Shown one piece after another: positions 20,194-29,528 of a DNA stretch of 64,000 nucleotides (positions are counted from its first letter, which is position 1; each line of letters starts with the position of its first letter). This DNA comes from Agathobacter sp. (GTDB lineage: Bacteria > Bacillota > Clostridia > Lachnospirales > Lachnospiraceae). The notes under the pieces are model-generated. The model saw nothing but the letters and a program-made list of their open reading frames with translations. It ran no database searches and was not told the DNA's origin. The position numbers and the translations under genes were made by a program. Where the stretch lies: NCBI GenBank assembly GCA_034100525.1, contig JAXELM010000097.1, forward strand, positions 27,272-91,271, read 5' to 3'.

Positions 20194-21450
20194 TTATTTT
20201 CTGATTTGACCATTGCCATAAATTATATATTTGTAGCTTGTCAGTGCATCAAGACCCATTGGTCCGCGTGCATGCAGTTTCTGTGTGCTAATTCCTATTT
20301 CAGCACCAAAACCAAACTCATTTCCATCTGAGAAACGTGTAGATGCATTGACATATACACAAGCAGAATCTATCTCGTTTAAAAATCTTTGTGCTCTGTC
20401 ATAGTCATTAGTAACAATTGCCTCTGAGTGCGAGGTTGTATATTTGTTAATGTGCTCTACCGCCTCTGACATATCTTTTACAATCTTTACAGACATGATG
20501 TAGTCAAGATATTCTGTTCCCCAGTCTTCTTCTGTTGCTGCTTTGACAAGCTCTGAATCCTTTAAAATCTCCTGCGCTGCTTCATCGCATCTTAACTCTA
20601 CATGATACTCCTTGAGTGCGTTATAAAGGAGTGGTAAAAAGTCTTTTGCAATATGTTTGTGAACAACAATTGATTCACATGCATTGCATACACCTATACG
20701 CTGTGTTTTTGCATTCGTGATTATATTGATAGCCATATCAAAATCAGCATCTGAATCAACGTATATGTGACAATTTCCGGTTCCTGTCTGGATTACAGGA
20801 ATTGTTGCATTATTGACAACTGATTGAATAAGTCCTGCTCCACCACGTGGAATCAATAAATCAACATATTGGTTCATTCTCATAAATTGATTTGTAGTCT
20901 CTCTATCAGTATCTTCGATTAAGAAAAGGACATCTTCTGAAACGCCACATTCTGTTATTGCTTTTTTTAGAACATTTACAATGGCAATATTTGAATTAAT
21001 AGCATCACTTCCACCCTTTAATATCGAGCAGTTACCAGACTTAAAGCATAATCCGAATGCATCAGATGTTACATTTGGACGAGCCTCGAATATTATACCA
21101 ATAACACCAAGAGGTACTCTTCTCTTTCCAATAATTAATCCATTAGGTCTTTTTTTCATGGAAAGGACTTCTCCAATTGGGTCGTCCAATTTGGCAATCT
21201 GTACAAGACCATCTGCCATCTGTTCTATTCTTTCTGATGTCAATGTAAGACGGTCAAGAAGTCCTGCTGGCATAAGATTTTCTTTGCCATGCTGTACATC
21301 AATTTTGTTTGCTTCAATTATAGTGTCCTGATTTGCCACAAGCAATTCAGCTGCTTTAAGTAGTACTTCATTCTTTTTTTCGGTATCAAGCATACCCATT
21401 TTTATTCTTGCATCATATGCACTCTTGCATAAAGCTTCAAGCTTAGTCAT
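20194..21450 (-). CDS. proA: Gamma-glutamyl phosphate reductase
   Basis: [52 protein letters not shown]. Confidence 0.97.
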   Translation of the reverse strand: MTKLEALCKSAYDARIKMGMLDTEKKNEVLLKAAELLVANQDTIIEANKIDVQHGKENLMPAGLLDRLTLTSERIEQMADGLVQIAKLDDPIGEVLSMKKRPNGLIIGKRRVPLGVIGIIFEARPNVTSDAFGLCFKSGNCSILKGGSDAINSNIAIVNVLKKAITECGVSEDVLFLIEDTDRETTNQFMRMNQYVDLLIPRGGAGLIQSVVNNATIPVIQTGTGNCHIYVDSDADFDMAINIITNAKTQRIGVCNACESIVVHKHIAKDFLPLLYNALKEYHVELRCDEAAQEILKDSELVKAATEEDWGTEYLDYIMSVKIVKDMSEAVEHINKYTTSHSEAIVTNDYDRAQRFLNEIDSACVYVNASTRFSDGNEFGFGAEIGISTQKLHARGPMGLDALTSYKYIIYGNGQIRK

Positions 21451-22006
21451 AGATTTTTACCTCCCGCTTTTCTGTAATAATCATATTCATATTTATATCA
21501 AATTCATTTGTAACCCATGACTTTGTTATCTGCCAGTCATAGGCAATACCAATTTTAAAAATACTTTTGTGTTGCGATAAATATTTATCATAAAATCCTT
21601 TTCCAAAACCTATTCTTGCCCCCTGCGTTGAAAATGCAATTCCTGGTACAAGCATAATAGAATTAGTTGAATCCTGGTAAACTGTACCATTTTGAGGTTC
21701 CAGGATGTTATAGCTTCCAATCTGCAATTTATCAGTATTGTTTATTCTGAAAAAATTCATTGAATCCCCTTCTACCCTGGGTAAAAATAAATTTTTATTA
21801 TCAAACAATGCCTGATTAATTATCTGGCTTAAATCAACCTCGTTTTGTATGGTGCTGTATGCTAAAATATTTTGACAATTCTTATAAATATCTGAGTCTA
21901 GGAAATTCTCACATATTTTATCGCTATTTATTTTCACATGCTCACAAGATAATGTTCTTCTTCTTGTTTTAAAATCTCTACGAATTTGTTCCTTTATTAC
22001 TTCCAT
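21443..22006 (-). CDS. 5-formyltetrahydrofolate cyclo-ligase
   Basis: LVPGIAF...[13 protein letters not shown] motif; likely start ATG 22006 (MEVIKEQIR), overlapping the DUF896 gene. Confidence 0.9.
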   Translation of the reverse strand: MEVIKEQIRRDFKTRRRTLSCEHVKINSDKICENFLDSDIYKNCQNILAYSTIQNEVDLSQIINQALFDNKNLFLPRVEGDSMNFFRINNTDKLQIGSYNILEPQNGTVYQDSTNSIMLVPGIAFSTQGARIGFGKGFYDKYLSQHKSIFKIGIAYDWQITKSWVTNEFDINMNMIITEKREVKIYD

Positions 22007-22202
22007 ATTTCTCACCAAGATTTTCGACATTACCATTTTCATCGACAATATCTATGTTATTCAATTGGGCTCTGAGATTTCCTTTTACATTGGCAATAAA
22101 CTCCTGACGGAGTAATGCCTGTTCTTTTTTCTCTTCTTCTGTCAGTCCTTCAGCTTTTGATTTTCTGTATAATTCATTTATTCTATCTATTTTTTCTTTC
22201 AT
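21978..22202 (-). CDS. DUF896/YnzC family protein
   Basis: IDRINELYRKSKAEGLTEEEKKEQALLRQEFI. Confidence 0.9.
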   Translation of the reverse strand: MKEKIDRINELYRKSKAEGLTEEEKKEQALLRQEFIANVKGNLRAQLNNIDIVDENGNVENLGEKYGSNKGTNS

Positions 22203-23032
22203 CCTAATGTCTCCATAATATAATTTGCAAGCTGGAAATTTGGATTTTCCTGTGCGTGGAAGGTTGTTCCTTCATAATCCCGGTCCATAATATCCATAAT
22301 AATATCTACATTATTTCCATTGGCAATAATCATATCTGCTCCAGAATATGTAGCAATTTTGGCTGCTGTAAGCTTTGTTGTCATACCACCTGTTCCAACA
22401 TTGCTTCCAGTTGATTCTTTTGCCATATGATAAAGCTGCTCATTTATTTCATCTACATCTTTGATTAATTGGGCATCGGGATTACTATGAGGGTCATCTG
22501 TATATAACCCATCTATATCCGATAATAGAATAAGTAAATCAGCTCCAACTAAGGATGAAACAAGTGCAGATAATGTATCATTGTCACCAAACTGCATCTC
22601 GTATGTACTTACAGTATCATTTTCATTTACAATAGGCACAATTCCCATATTGAATAATTCATTGAATGTGCTTTTGGCATTGTTTCTTGATACAGGATTT
22701 ACCATTGTATTTTTAGTCATTAAAACCTGTCCTGAAACCTGATTGTATTCACCAAACAGCTTCTGGTATGTCATCATAAGCTTTCCCTGACCAACAGCAG
22801 CACAGGCCTGCTTTGTTGAAATATCCTTTGGACGTTCTTTAAGTCCTATTGCATCTCTTCCTACTGCAATAGCGCCGGAGCTTACGAGACAAATATCTAT
22901 ACCTCGATTACGCAAATCACATATCGCGCGCACAAGATGCTCCATCTTTGATAAATTTAATCGTCCTGTTTCAGGATATGTAAGACTGGACGAACCGATT
23001 TTTATTACTACTCTTTTATATTCTTTTTCCAT
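22199..23032 (-). CDS. proB: Glutamate 5-kinase (no PUA domain)
   Basis: VIKIGSSSLT, VSSGAIAVG, AAVGQ, NENDTV, FGDNDTLSA, GTGGMTTKL. Confidence 0.96.
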   Translation of the reverse strand: MEKEYKRVVIKIGSSSLTYPETGRLNLSKMEHLVRAICDLRNRGIDICLVSSGAIAVGRDAIGLKERPKDISTKQACAAVGQGKLMMTYQKLFGEYNQVSGQVLMTKNTMVNPVSRNNAKSTFNELFNMGIVPIVNENDTVSTYEMQFGDNDTLSALVSSLVGADLLILLSDIDGLYTDDPHSNPDAQLIKDVDEINEQLYHMAKESTGSNVGTGGMTTKLTAAKIATYSGADMIIANGNNVDIIMDIMDRDYEGTTFHAQENPNFQLANYIMETLG

Positions 23033-23190
23033 AATGTATAACTTCCTTAATCTTTTTTCATAATTGCAAAACTCGACTTATATACATTACCATATATTAC
23101 AGAAAAATACAAAATCATTTTATTGTATTGAGTGAATTAATGTGATGTGTTATTGTAAGAAAATAAAAAATAGATAAAAAGAGAACAATT

Positions 23191-24240
23191 ATGTTAAAAA
23201 AAACAAGAAATTATAAAGGCGTATCTGTATTGATATTAGTAACACTACTATTGTCCCTTTGTTCATGTGGTAATCGGGATAAAAAAGTTTCAAAATCCGG
23301 TTTTTATTTTGACACAATTATAACAATTACATTGTATAATTCATCTGATGAAAAGTATATTGACGAGTGCTTTGATATCGCATCCGATTATGAACAAAAA
23401 TTGTCAAATACAATTGATACGAGTGAAATATCGCAAATTAATAAGAACGCAGGGAAGGAATACGTGAAGGTAAGCGAAGAAACAATAGAACTATTAAAAA
23501 CAGGCTTATCATATTGCAGGCAAAGTGATGGTGTTTTCGATATTACTATTGGAAAACTATCTGACTTATGGAATATTTCGAATATCGCAAAAGAATGTCA
23601 GAATGATTCTAATCAGGTAGATGAATCTAATATCCCTGATAGTGAACAAATAGACACTCTAAAGTCTGGTATAGATTACAATAAAGTTTTGATTAAAGGC
23701 GATAAAGTTATGCTATCTGACTCGGACTGTAAAATTGATTTAGGAGCTGTTGCTAAAGGATTTATAGCTGATAAGATGAAAGATTATCTTAATTCAAAAG
23801 GCATTTCTTCGGGGATTATAAATCTAGGTGGCAATATACTTACAATAGGAACCAAGACAGACGGAACAAATTATCATGTGGGAATTCAAAAACCCTTCGC
23901 AGATTCGGGGGAATCGCTTTTGTCTATCGAGGTCTCTGACAAGTCGGTTGTAACCTCTGGTATATATGAGAGATACTTTGAAATAGATGATAAGATATAT
24001 CATCATATCCTTGACATAAATACCGGCTATCCGTGTGAAAACGATTTATATTCTGTTACAATTGTAAGTGATAAATCTGTAGATGGCGATGCGTTAAGTA
24101 CTATATGCTTCTTAAAAGGTGCAGACGATGGCATGAAATACATAGAAGCTTTAGATGGCGTTGAAGCAGTTTTTATTAAAAATGATTATTCTATAGAAGC
24201 ATCGTCAGGAATCAAAGATTCAATCAAAATAAATGAGTAA
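23191..24240 (+). CDS. apbE: FAD:protein FMN transferase ApbE (lipoprotein)
   Basis: Lipobox LCSC, FDITIG, DLGAVAKGF, NLGGN, TSGIYERYF, HHILD, DALST. Confidence 0.94.
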   Translation: MLKKTRNYKGVSVLILVTLLLSLCSCGNRDKKVSKSGFYFDTIITITLYNSSDEKYIDECFDIASDYEQKLSNTIDTSEISQINKNAGKEYVKVSEETIELLKTGLSYCRQSDGVFDITIGKLSDLWNISNIAKECQNDSNQVDESNIPDSEQIDTLKSGIDYNKVLIKGDKVMLSDSDCKIDLGAVAKGFIADKMKDYLNSKGISSGIINLGGNILTIGTKTDGTNYHVGIQKPFADSGESLLSIEVSDKSVVTSGIYERYFEIDDKIYHHILDINTGYPCENDLYSVTIVSDKSVDGDALSTICFLKGADDGMKYIEALDGVEAVFIKNDYSIEASSGIKDSIKINE

Positions 24241-24263
24241 AGGGTTGCAATTTGCAACCCTTT
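24239..24263. terminator. Bidirectional terminator between apbE and rnfB
   Basis: AAAGGGTTGC/GCAACCCTTT inverted repeat between convergent genes. Confidence 0.75.
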
Positions 24264-24273
24264 GTTTATCCGA

Positions 24274-25065
24274 TTATAAAATGATTTTCTTTGGACATTT
24301 CTCTGCACAGATACCACAACCTGTACATTTATCCTGATCAATATATGCAACATTATCTATTACGTGAATTGCATCAGATGGACAATTCTTTTCACAGAGG
24401 TGACAGCCTATGCAGCCAACAGAGCATGCCTGCATAACATCTTTTCCTTTATCCTTAGAACTACACTGAACTAAATGAGAAGAATCATATGGAACAAGCT
24501 CAATTAAGTTCTTTGGACAAGCCTGAACACATTTGCCACATGCTTTACATGCTGCAACATCAACCTGTGCAATACCATCAACTACATGTATGGCATCAAA
24601 TGGACACGCTTTTACACAGCTACCATATCCCAAACATCCATAGCTACAGGCTTTAGGACCGCCTGCTGGAACAAATGCCATTGCAGAACAATCTTCCACA
24701 CCAGTATAATCATAACTCTGATTAGCTTTGTCGCAAGTTCCGGCACACTTAACGAATGCCACTTTTTTGACACCGACACCAGCTTCAATTCCCATAATCT
24801 CGCCAACCTTTGCTGCTACAGGATCACCACCTACAGGACATTGTCCAACAGGAGCCTCGCCTTTTACAATGGCACTTGCAAGGCCGGAACATCCGGCATA
24901 TCCGCATCCGCCACAGTTATTACCAGGTAAAACCTCTAAAATAGCCTCTTCTCGTGGATCCACTTCAACCTTGAATTTTTCACCTGAAATTCCGAGGAAA
25001 AATCCAAGAATAATTCCAACACATCCAACTACGAGTGCTGCTACAATTATTGCAGTAATATTCAT
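24274..25065 (-). CDS. rnfB: Rnf complex subunit B
   Basis: N-terminal TM, LPGNNCGGCGYAGC, several CxxCxxCxxxCP ferredoxin motifs. Confidence 0.95.
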   Translation of the reverse strand: MNITAIIVAALVVGCVGIILGFFLGISGEKFKVEVDPREEAILEVLPGNNCGGCGYAGCSGLASAIVKGEAPVGQCPVGGDPVAAKVGEIMGIEAGVGVKKVAFVKCAGTCDKANQSYDYTGVEDCSAMAFVPAGGPKACSYGCLGYGSCVKACPFDAIHVVDGIAQVDVAACKACGKCVQACPKNLIELVPYDSSHLVQCSSKDKGKDVMQACSVGCIGCHLCEKNCPSDAIHVIDNVAYIDQDKCTGCGICAEKCPKKIIL

Positions 25066-25077
25066 AATTTTTTCCTC

Positions 25078-25701
25078 CTAAATCATTCCTGAAAATCCCA
25101 TAAATGCAATCGACATTAAGCACGCCGTTATAAGTACGATTGCTGTACCCTGAAATGGTTTTGGGATATCATTGTATTCGATTTTCTCTCTGATTCCTGC
25201 CATTAATACAATAGCAATAAAGAAACCAACAGCTGTAAAAATACCATAAACCATGCTGTAAAGTAATCCCATACCGAATGAGTATTCAGCATAGTTTGTA
25301 ACACTGTTAAGTGCAACTCCAAGTACTGCACAGTTTGTTGTAATGAGTGGAAGGAATACACCAAGTGATTCGTATAATGGTGGCATAACCTTCTTTAAGA
25401 ACATTTCAACAAACTGAACTAATGATGCAATTACGAGAATAAATACTATAGTCTGCAAATATGTAAGATCAATACCTGCATTCATTAGTGCTGTATTTGC
25501 AAGAATACCTCTGTAAATAAGCTGAGTTACGAATGTAGCAATTGCAATAACAAAGATAACTGCACCGCCCATACCGGCAGCTGTTTCAGTCTTCTTAGAA
25601 ACACCAAGGAACGGACAAATTCCAAGGAACTGACTTAATACAACATTGTTAACGATAGCTGCACCAATTGCAACTAATGCCAATTCTGTTAATACGCTCA
25701 T
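25078..25701 (-). CDS. rnfA: Rnf complex subunit A
   Basis: NNVVLSQFLGICPFLGVS, FLPLITTNCAVLG. Confidence 0.95.
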   Translation of the reverse strand: MSVLTELALVAIGAAIVNNVVLSQFLGICPFLGVSKKTETAAGMGGAVIFVIAIATFVTQLIYRGILANTALMNAGIDLTYLQTIVFILVIASLVQFVEMFLKKVMPPLYESLGVFLPLITTNCAVLGVALNSVTNYAEYSFGMGLLYSMVYGIFTAVGFFIAIVLMAGIREKIEYNDIPKPFQGTAIVLITACLMSIAFMGFSGMI

Positions 25702-26423
25702 TATTTATCCCCTCCTTCTGAAGCCTCTTTTGTTGCTGTTTTCTGAGCAGATGGACATGCAGCACCACAATGTGCACAATCTCCTGCAAGGCATCCTGCA
25801 GGCTCTGCAAGAGGTGTTCCTTTTGCTTCCATCTTCTTTCTGATTATATTCATTCCGGCAACGAGGAATGCAAGTACAAGGAAAGCTCCCGGTGCCATAA
25901 TAAAAATTGTAATTGGTGTAAATCCAATATTTAATAATACTGGGATATCGAATACTGTTCCAGCACCAAGAATTTCTCTTATCAAACCAATAAGTGTAAG
26001 ACCTATAGTAAATCCAAATCCCATTCCAAGTCCATCAAATATTGATTCAACAGGTGCATTCTTTGAAGCGTAGCTTTCTGCTCTTCCTAAGATGATACAG
26101 TTTACAACGATAAGTGGAATATATACACCTAATGATTTTGATAAACTAGGCAAATATGCCTGCATCATAAACTGAACAACAGTAACCAATGATGCAACAA
26201 TCACTATGAATGCCGGCATTCTGACGCCATTTGGAATAACTTTTCTAAACAATGAAATAAGCAAGTTTGAACAAACCAATACCACTGTTGTAGATAATCC
26301 CATACCAATACCATTTATAGCACTTGATGTAACTGCGAGTGTTGGACACATTCCAAGCATCAGTACAAATGTTGGATTCTCTTTAATAATTCCGTTATAT
26401 AAACGCTCTAAATATTTGTTCAT
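25701..26423 (-). CDS. rnfE: Rnf complex subunit E
   Basis: ENPTFVLMLGMCPTLAV, IPLIVVNCIILGRAE, REILG. Confidence 0.95.
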   Translation of the reverse strand: MNKYLERLYNGIIKENPTFVLMLGMCPTLAVTSSAINGIGMGLSTTVVLVCSNLLISLFRKVIPNGVRMPAFIVIVASLVTVVQFMMQAYLPSLSKSLGVYIPLIVVNCIILGRAESYASKNAPVESIFDGLGMGFGFTIGLTLIGLIREILGAGTVFDIPVLLNIGFTPITIFIMAPGAFLVLAFLVAGMNIIRKKMEAKGTPLAEPAGCLAGDCAHCGAACPSAQKTATKEASEGGDK

Positions 26424-27031
26424 TATTCAGCACCTCCCTGCAGTTTGTTCTGGAAGTAAAGAATAGCTGCATTACATCCATTTGCCATAGCTTTTGATGT
26501 AATTGTCGAACCGGTTATAGCTTCTATCTCATTATCAGCAGAAGGTGCTTGTTTTACTACAGTAAAAGCATCAACAGCCTTATTCTGGAACTGACTGTAG
26601 AACTCTTCATCTTCTGCCTTCATACCAAGACCAGGAGTCTCAGATATATCAGTTATGGAATAGCCATTTACAGTTCCGTCATTTGAAATACCTACAGAAA
26701 AAGTGATACTTACCTGACTTCCGTCTTTTGCTGTAACAGTAATGACATAACCTAATGTCTTTCCACTATCATCTAATGCTGACTGAATGTCATCAATTGT
26801 ATCTTTATATCCACCATCTGCAACTATCTGGTTTGCTTCATCTTTATCGTATTCATATGCTTCAAATGAAACTGCATCCTTAAAAACTTCCTGATAAGCA
26901 GCTCTTGCTGTATCAGCATTTGCTTTATCGATAGGATCTTTGGTTATTCCATATACAATACCGAGAATAAGACCAAGCACAAGCGTAAATGCTGTAAGGA
27001 TCAAAGCGTCATGTACAATCTTTTTATTCAT
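26423..27031 (-). CDS. rnfG: Rnf complex subunit G
   Basis: N-terminal TM, ETPGLG, FMN-attachment region AITGSTITS. Confidence 0.92.
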   Translation of the reverse strand: MNKKIVHDALILTAFTLVLGLILGIVYGITKDPIDKANADTARAAYQEVFKDAVSFEAYEYDKDEANQIVADGGYKDTIDDIQSALDDSGKTLGYVITVTAKDGSQVSITFSVGISNDGTVNGYSITDISETPGLGMKAEDEEFYSQFQNKAVDAFTVVKQAPSADNEIEAITGSTITSKAMANGCNAAILYFQNKLQGGAE

Positions 27032-27986
27032 TCTTCTTTGCCTCCTTTATCATACCAAATGCTCTAGGCACTGTTATTTTTTCGATAATAGGAACTAATA
27101 TATTGCTTAAGATTATTGAAAATGAGACACCCTCTGCATTAGCTCCGAAACAACGGAATATTCCAGTTAATAAGCCACAGCAGATACCAAATAATATCTT
27201 ACCACGTGGTGTTATAGGTGAAGTAACATAGTCTGTAGCCATAAAGAATGCACCAAGCATTAAACCACCACCACAAAGCTGTGCTGTTACATAATTGATA
27301 TCAAATCTCTCAGCTCCAAATATAAACATAAAAATTGCAAAAGTAACAATATAAGAACCTGGAATTTTCAAATCAATTACACCTGCAAGAATTAATATTA
27401 TTGCTCCGATTAAGATGGCAATAACAGAAGTTTCTCCAATTGTTCCGGCAGTAAATCCATATAACATGTCTTTGACATTTACACTTGAAAGTCCTTCACT
27501 TCTTATAAGGGCAAGAGGTGTAGCACCAGAATAGACATCTACTCCATTTCTTGTCACGTTAAAATTAGTCATATCGGCAGCAAATGCAATAAGCAAGAAG
27601 CATCTTGCACCAAGTGCCGGGTTCATGAAGTTCTGACCAAGTCCTCCAAAAAGACATTTGACAATAATAATTGCAAATACACCACCAAGGATAGCTTCCC
27701 AGATTGGTAAACCAGCAGGTAAATTAAGTGCCAATAACAATCCGGTAACAACAGCACTAAAATCTTTTATAGTATTTTCTTTATGTACGATTAAATCAAA
27801 AATAAACTCTGAAACTACACAACTTAAAATTGTTACAACTATAAGCAATGCTGCCCTGATTCCAAAATTGTAAATTCCAAACAATGTAGATGGCATCAGT
27901 GCTGCAACGACCAGCAGCATAATCTTGTCAGTAGATACTTTTGAACGTACATGTGGTGATGATGAAACCTGAAATAAATCACTCAC
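27024..27986 (-). CDS. rnfD: Rnf complex subunit D
   Basis: SSSPH, FGGLGQNFMNPAL, SGATPL flavinylation motif, FMATDY; GTG start. Confidence 0.95.
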   Translation of the reverse strand: MSDLFQVSSSPHVRSKVSTDKIMLLVVAALMPSTLFGIYNFGIRAALLIVVTILSCVVSEFIFDLIVHKENTIKDFSAVVTGLLLALNLPAGLPIWEAILGGVFAIIIVKCLFGGLGQNFMNPALGARCFLLIAFAADMTNFNVTRNGVDVYSGATPLALIRSEGLSSVNVKDMLYGFTAGTIGETSVIAILIGAIILILAGVIDLKIPGSYIVTFAIFMFIFGAERFDINYVTAQLCGGGLMLGAFFMATDYVTSPITPRGKILFGICCGLLTGIFRCFGANAEGVSFSIILSNILVPIIEKITVPRAFGMIKEAKKNE

Positions 27987-28004
27987 AATAATACACCTCT
28001 TTCT

Positions 28005-29333
28005 TTATTTTTGTTTTCTCTTTTCAGCTAGCACAAGCTTCTTCATAGTCTTAACAGATTGTGCCACCTGACGTCTTGATGGGCATACATATGAACAGCT
28101 TCCACATTCTATACACTCAAGTCCATGCCAGTCTTCGAATTCTTTCATCAAGCCTCTTTCACTAAATTTCATTAGGCGACTAGGAATAAGCTGTTCAGGA
28201 CAAGCCTCAACACAACAACCGCAATTAATGCAGGCAATTGGTGCCATAGCAGCTACTTCATCTTTGCTAAAACAAAGGAGTGAAGATGAAGTCTTAGTGG
28301 TTGGAATATCAAGACTAAACATTGAAAATCCCATCATAGGACCACCAGATATAATTTTCTCAGGCTGCTTATCGTCCTTAAATCCGCCAGCGGCTTCAAC
28401 TAATTCCTTATATGATGTACCAATACTGTACAAAAAGTTTGATGGATTAACTATTGCATCACCTGTAATTGTTGATACTCTTTTCATTACAGGAATACCA
28501 TTTTTAACTGCATTATAAACAGCAATAATTGTCTCCACATTGTCAACTATACAGCCGGCATCTGCAGGTAACATCTTTGAATTAATTGCACGTCCAGTTG
28601 TTGCATATATTAACTGTCGCTCACCACCCTGAGGATACTTTGTGAGAAGTTCACATACCTCTAATCTGGGTTCATCTTTTGTTAATTCTTTTAATTTGGC
28701 AATGCAGTCAGGCTTATTATTCTCTACCCCAAAAATTCCCTTTGCATTATCAAATAGCTGAAGTATTATCTTCATACCGGCAATTAATTCTTCCGGATTC
28801 TCGAGCATTCTTCTGTAGTCAGCTGTCAGATAAGGTTCACACTCTGCGCAGTTGGCAATAATGTACTCTATTTTCTCCGGCTCCTTCGGTGATAGCTTTA
28901 CATGTGTCGGGAAACCGGCACCACCCATACCAACTACACCAGCCTCTTTGACTTTGTTAATAATTTCTTCTTTCGAAAGCTTAGAAACATCGTCAACTGT
29001 CTGATACTCAACTTCCTTAAATTCCCCATCGTTATCAATAATGATACAGTTTACCATATCTCCTACAGCTACACGACGCTTTTCAATAGCCTTTACAGTA
29101 CCTGAAACAGATGAGTATATAGGCGATGATACAAAACCACCGGCCTCCGCTATCTTCTGTCCTTTTAAAACGATATCACCTTTTTCTACAATAGGAGTAG
29201 CTGGTGCTCCGATATGCTGAGATACTGGATAAACAAGTTCACCCTTGGGTAAAATTTCTTTAATTGGTGCATCTTTGGCAAGTTCTTTGCCTTCGTAAGG
29301 ATGCACACCACCAACAAATGTTTTTAAACCCAT
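28005..29333 (-). CDS. rnfC: Rnf complex subunit C
   Basis: GGVHP, QHIGAPA, GMGGAGFPTHVK, AECEPYLTAD, GGPMMG, two 4Fe-4S motifs. Confidence 0.96.
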   Translation of the reverse strand: MGLKTFVGGVHPYEGKELAKDAPIKEILPKGELVYPVSQHIGAPATPIVEKGDIVLKGQKIAEAGGFVSSPIYSSVSGTVKAIEKRRVAVGDMVNCIIIDNDGEFKEVEYQTVDDVSKLSKEEIINKVKEAGVVGMGGAGFPTHVKLSPKEPEKIEYIIANCAECEPYLTADYRRMLENPEELIAGMKIILQLFDNAKGIFGVENNKPDCIAKLKELTKDEPRLEVCELLTKYPQGGERQLIYATTGRAINSKMLPADAGCIVDNVETIIAVYNAVKNGIPVMKRVSTITGDAIVNPSNFLYSIGTSYKELVEAAGGFKDDKQPEKIISGGPMMGFSMFSLDIPTTKTSSSLLCFSKDEVAAMAPIACINCGCCVEACPEQLIPSRLMKFSERGLMKEFEDWHGLECIECGSCSYVCPSRRQVAQSVKTMKKLVLAEKRKQK

Positions 29334-29370
29334 GTTTGTGTCCCTCTTTCTTGTATATTTTGCATAATCA

Positions 29371-29388
29371 TTGATATGTATTATACAA
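29371..29388. promoter_or_regulatory. Possible Rex operator in the rnfC leader
   Basis: TTGATAT-GTAT-TATACAA, 10/14 to TTGTTAA-N4-TTAACAA; downstream of an extended -10 TGGTATAAT (minus strand, 29400-29408). Confidence 0.4.
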
Positions 29389-29528
29389 TTTTCTGTTTAA
29401 TTATACCACTTTATGGGTGTAGAAATATACTATATATTGTTTTTTTTTAAATACTTTTTATTTTTAAATACTAAAATAGATGGTATAATGATAGCATAAA
29501 AATATTTTATAAAATTGAGAGTGAATTT

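Noticed and set aside
23033-23190. T-box or riboswitch upstream of proB/apbE
   Set aside because: Region is short and AT-rich, taken up by two divergent promoters; no T-box motif or terminator.
28200-28235. Extra cysteine in RnfC motif CINCGCCVEACP
   Set aside because: Canonical CxxCxxCxxxCP spacing is intact; single substitution at a non-ligand position.
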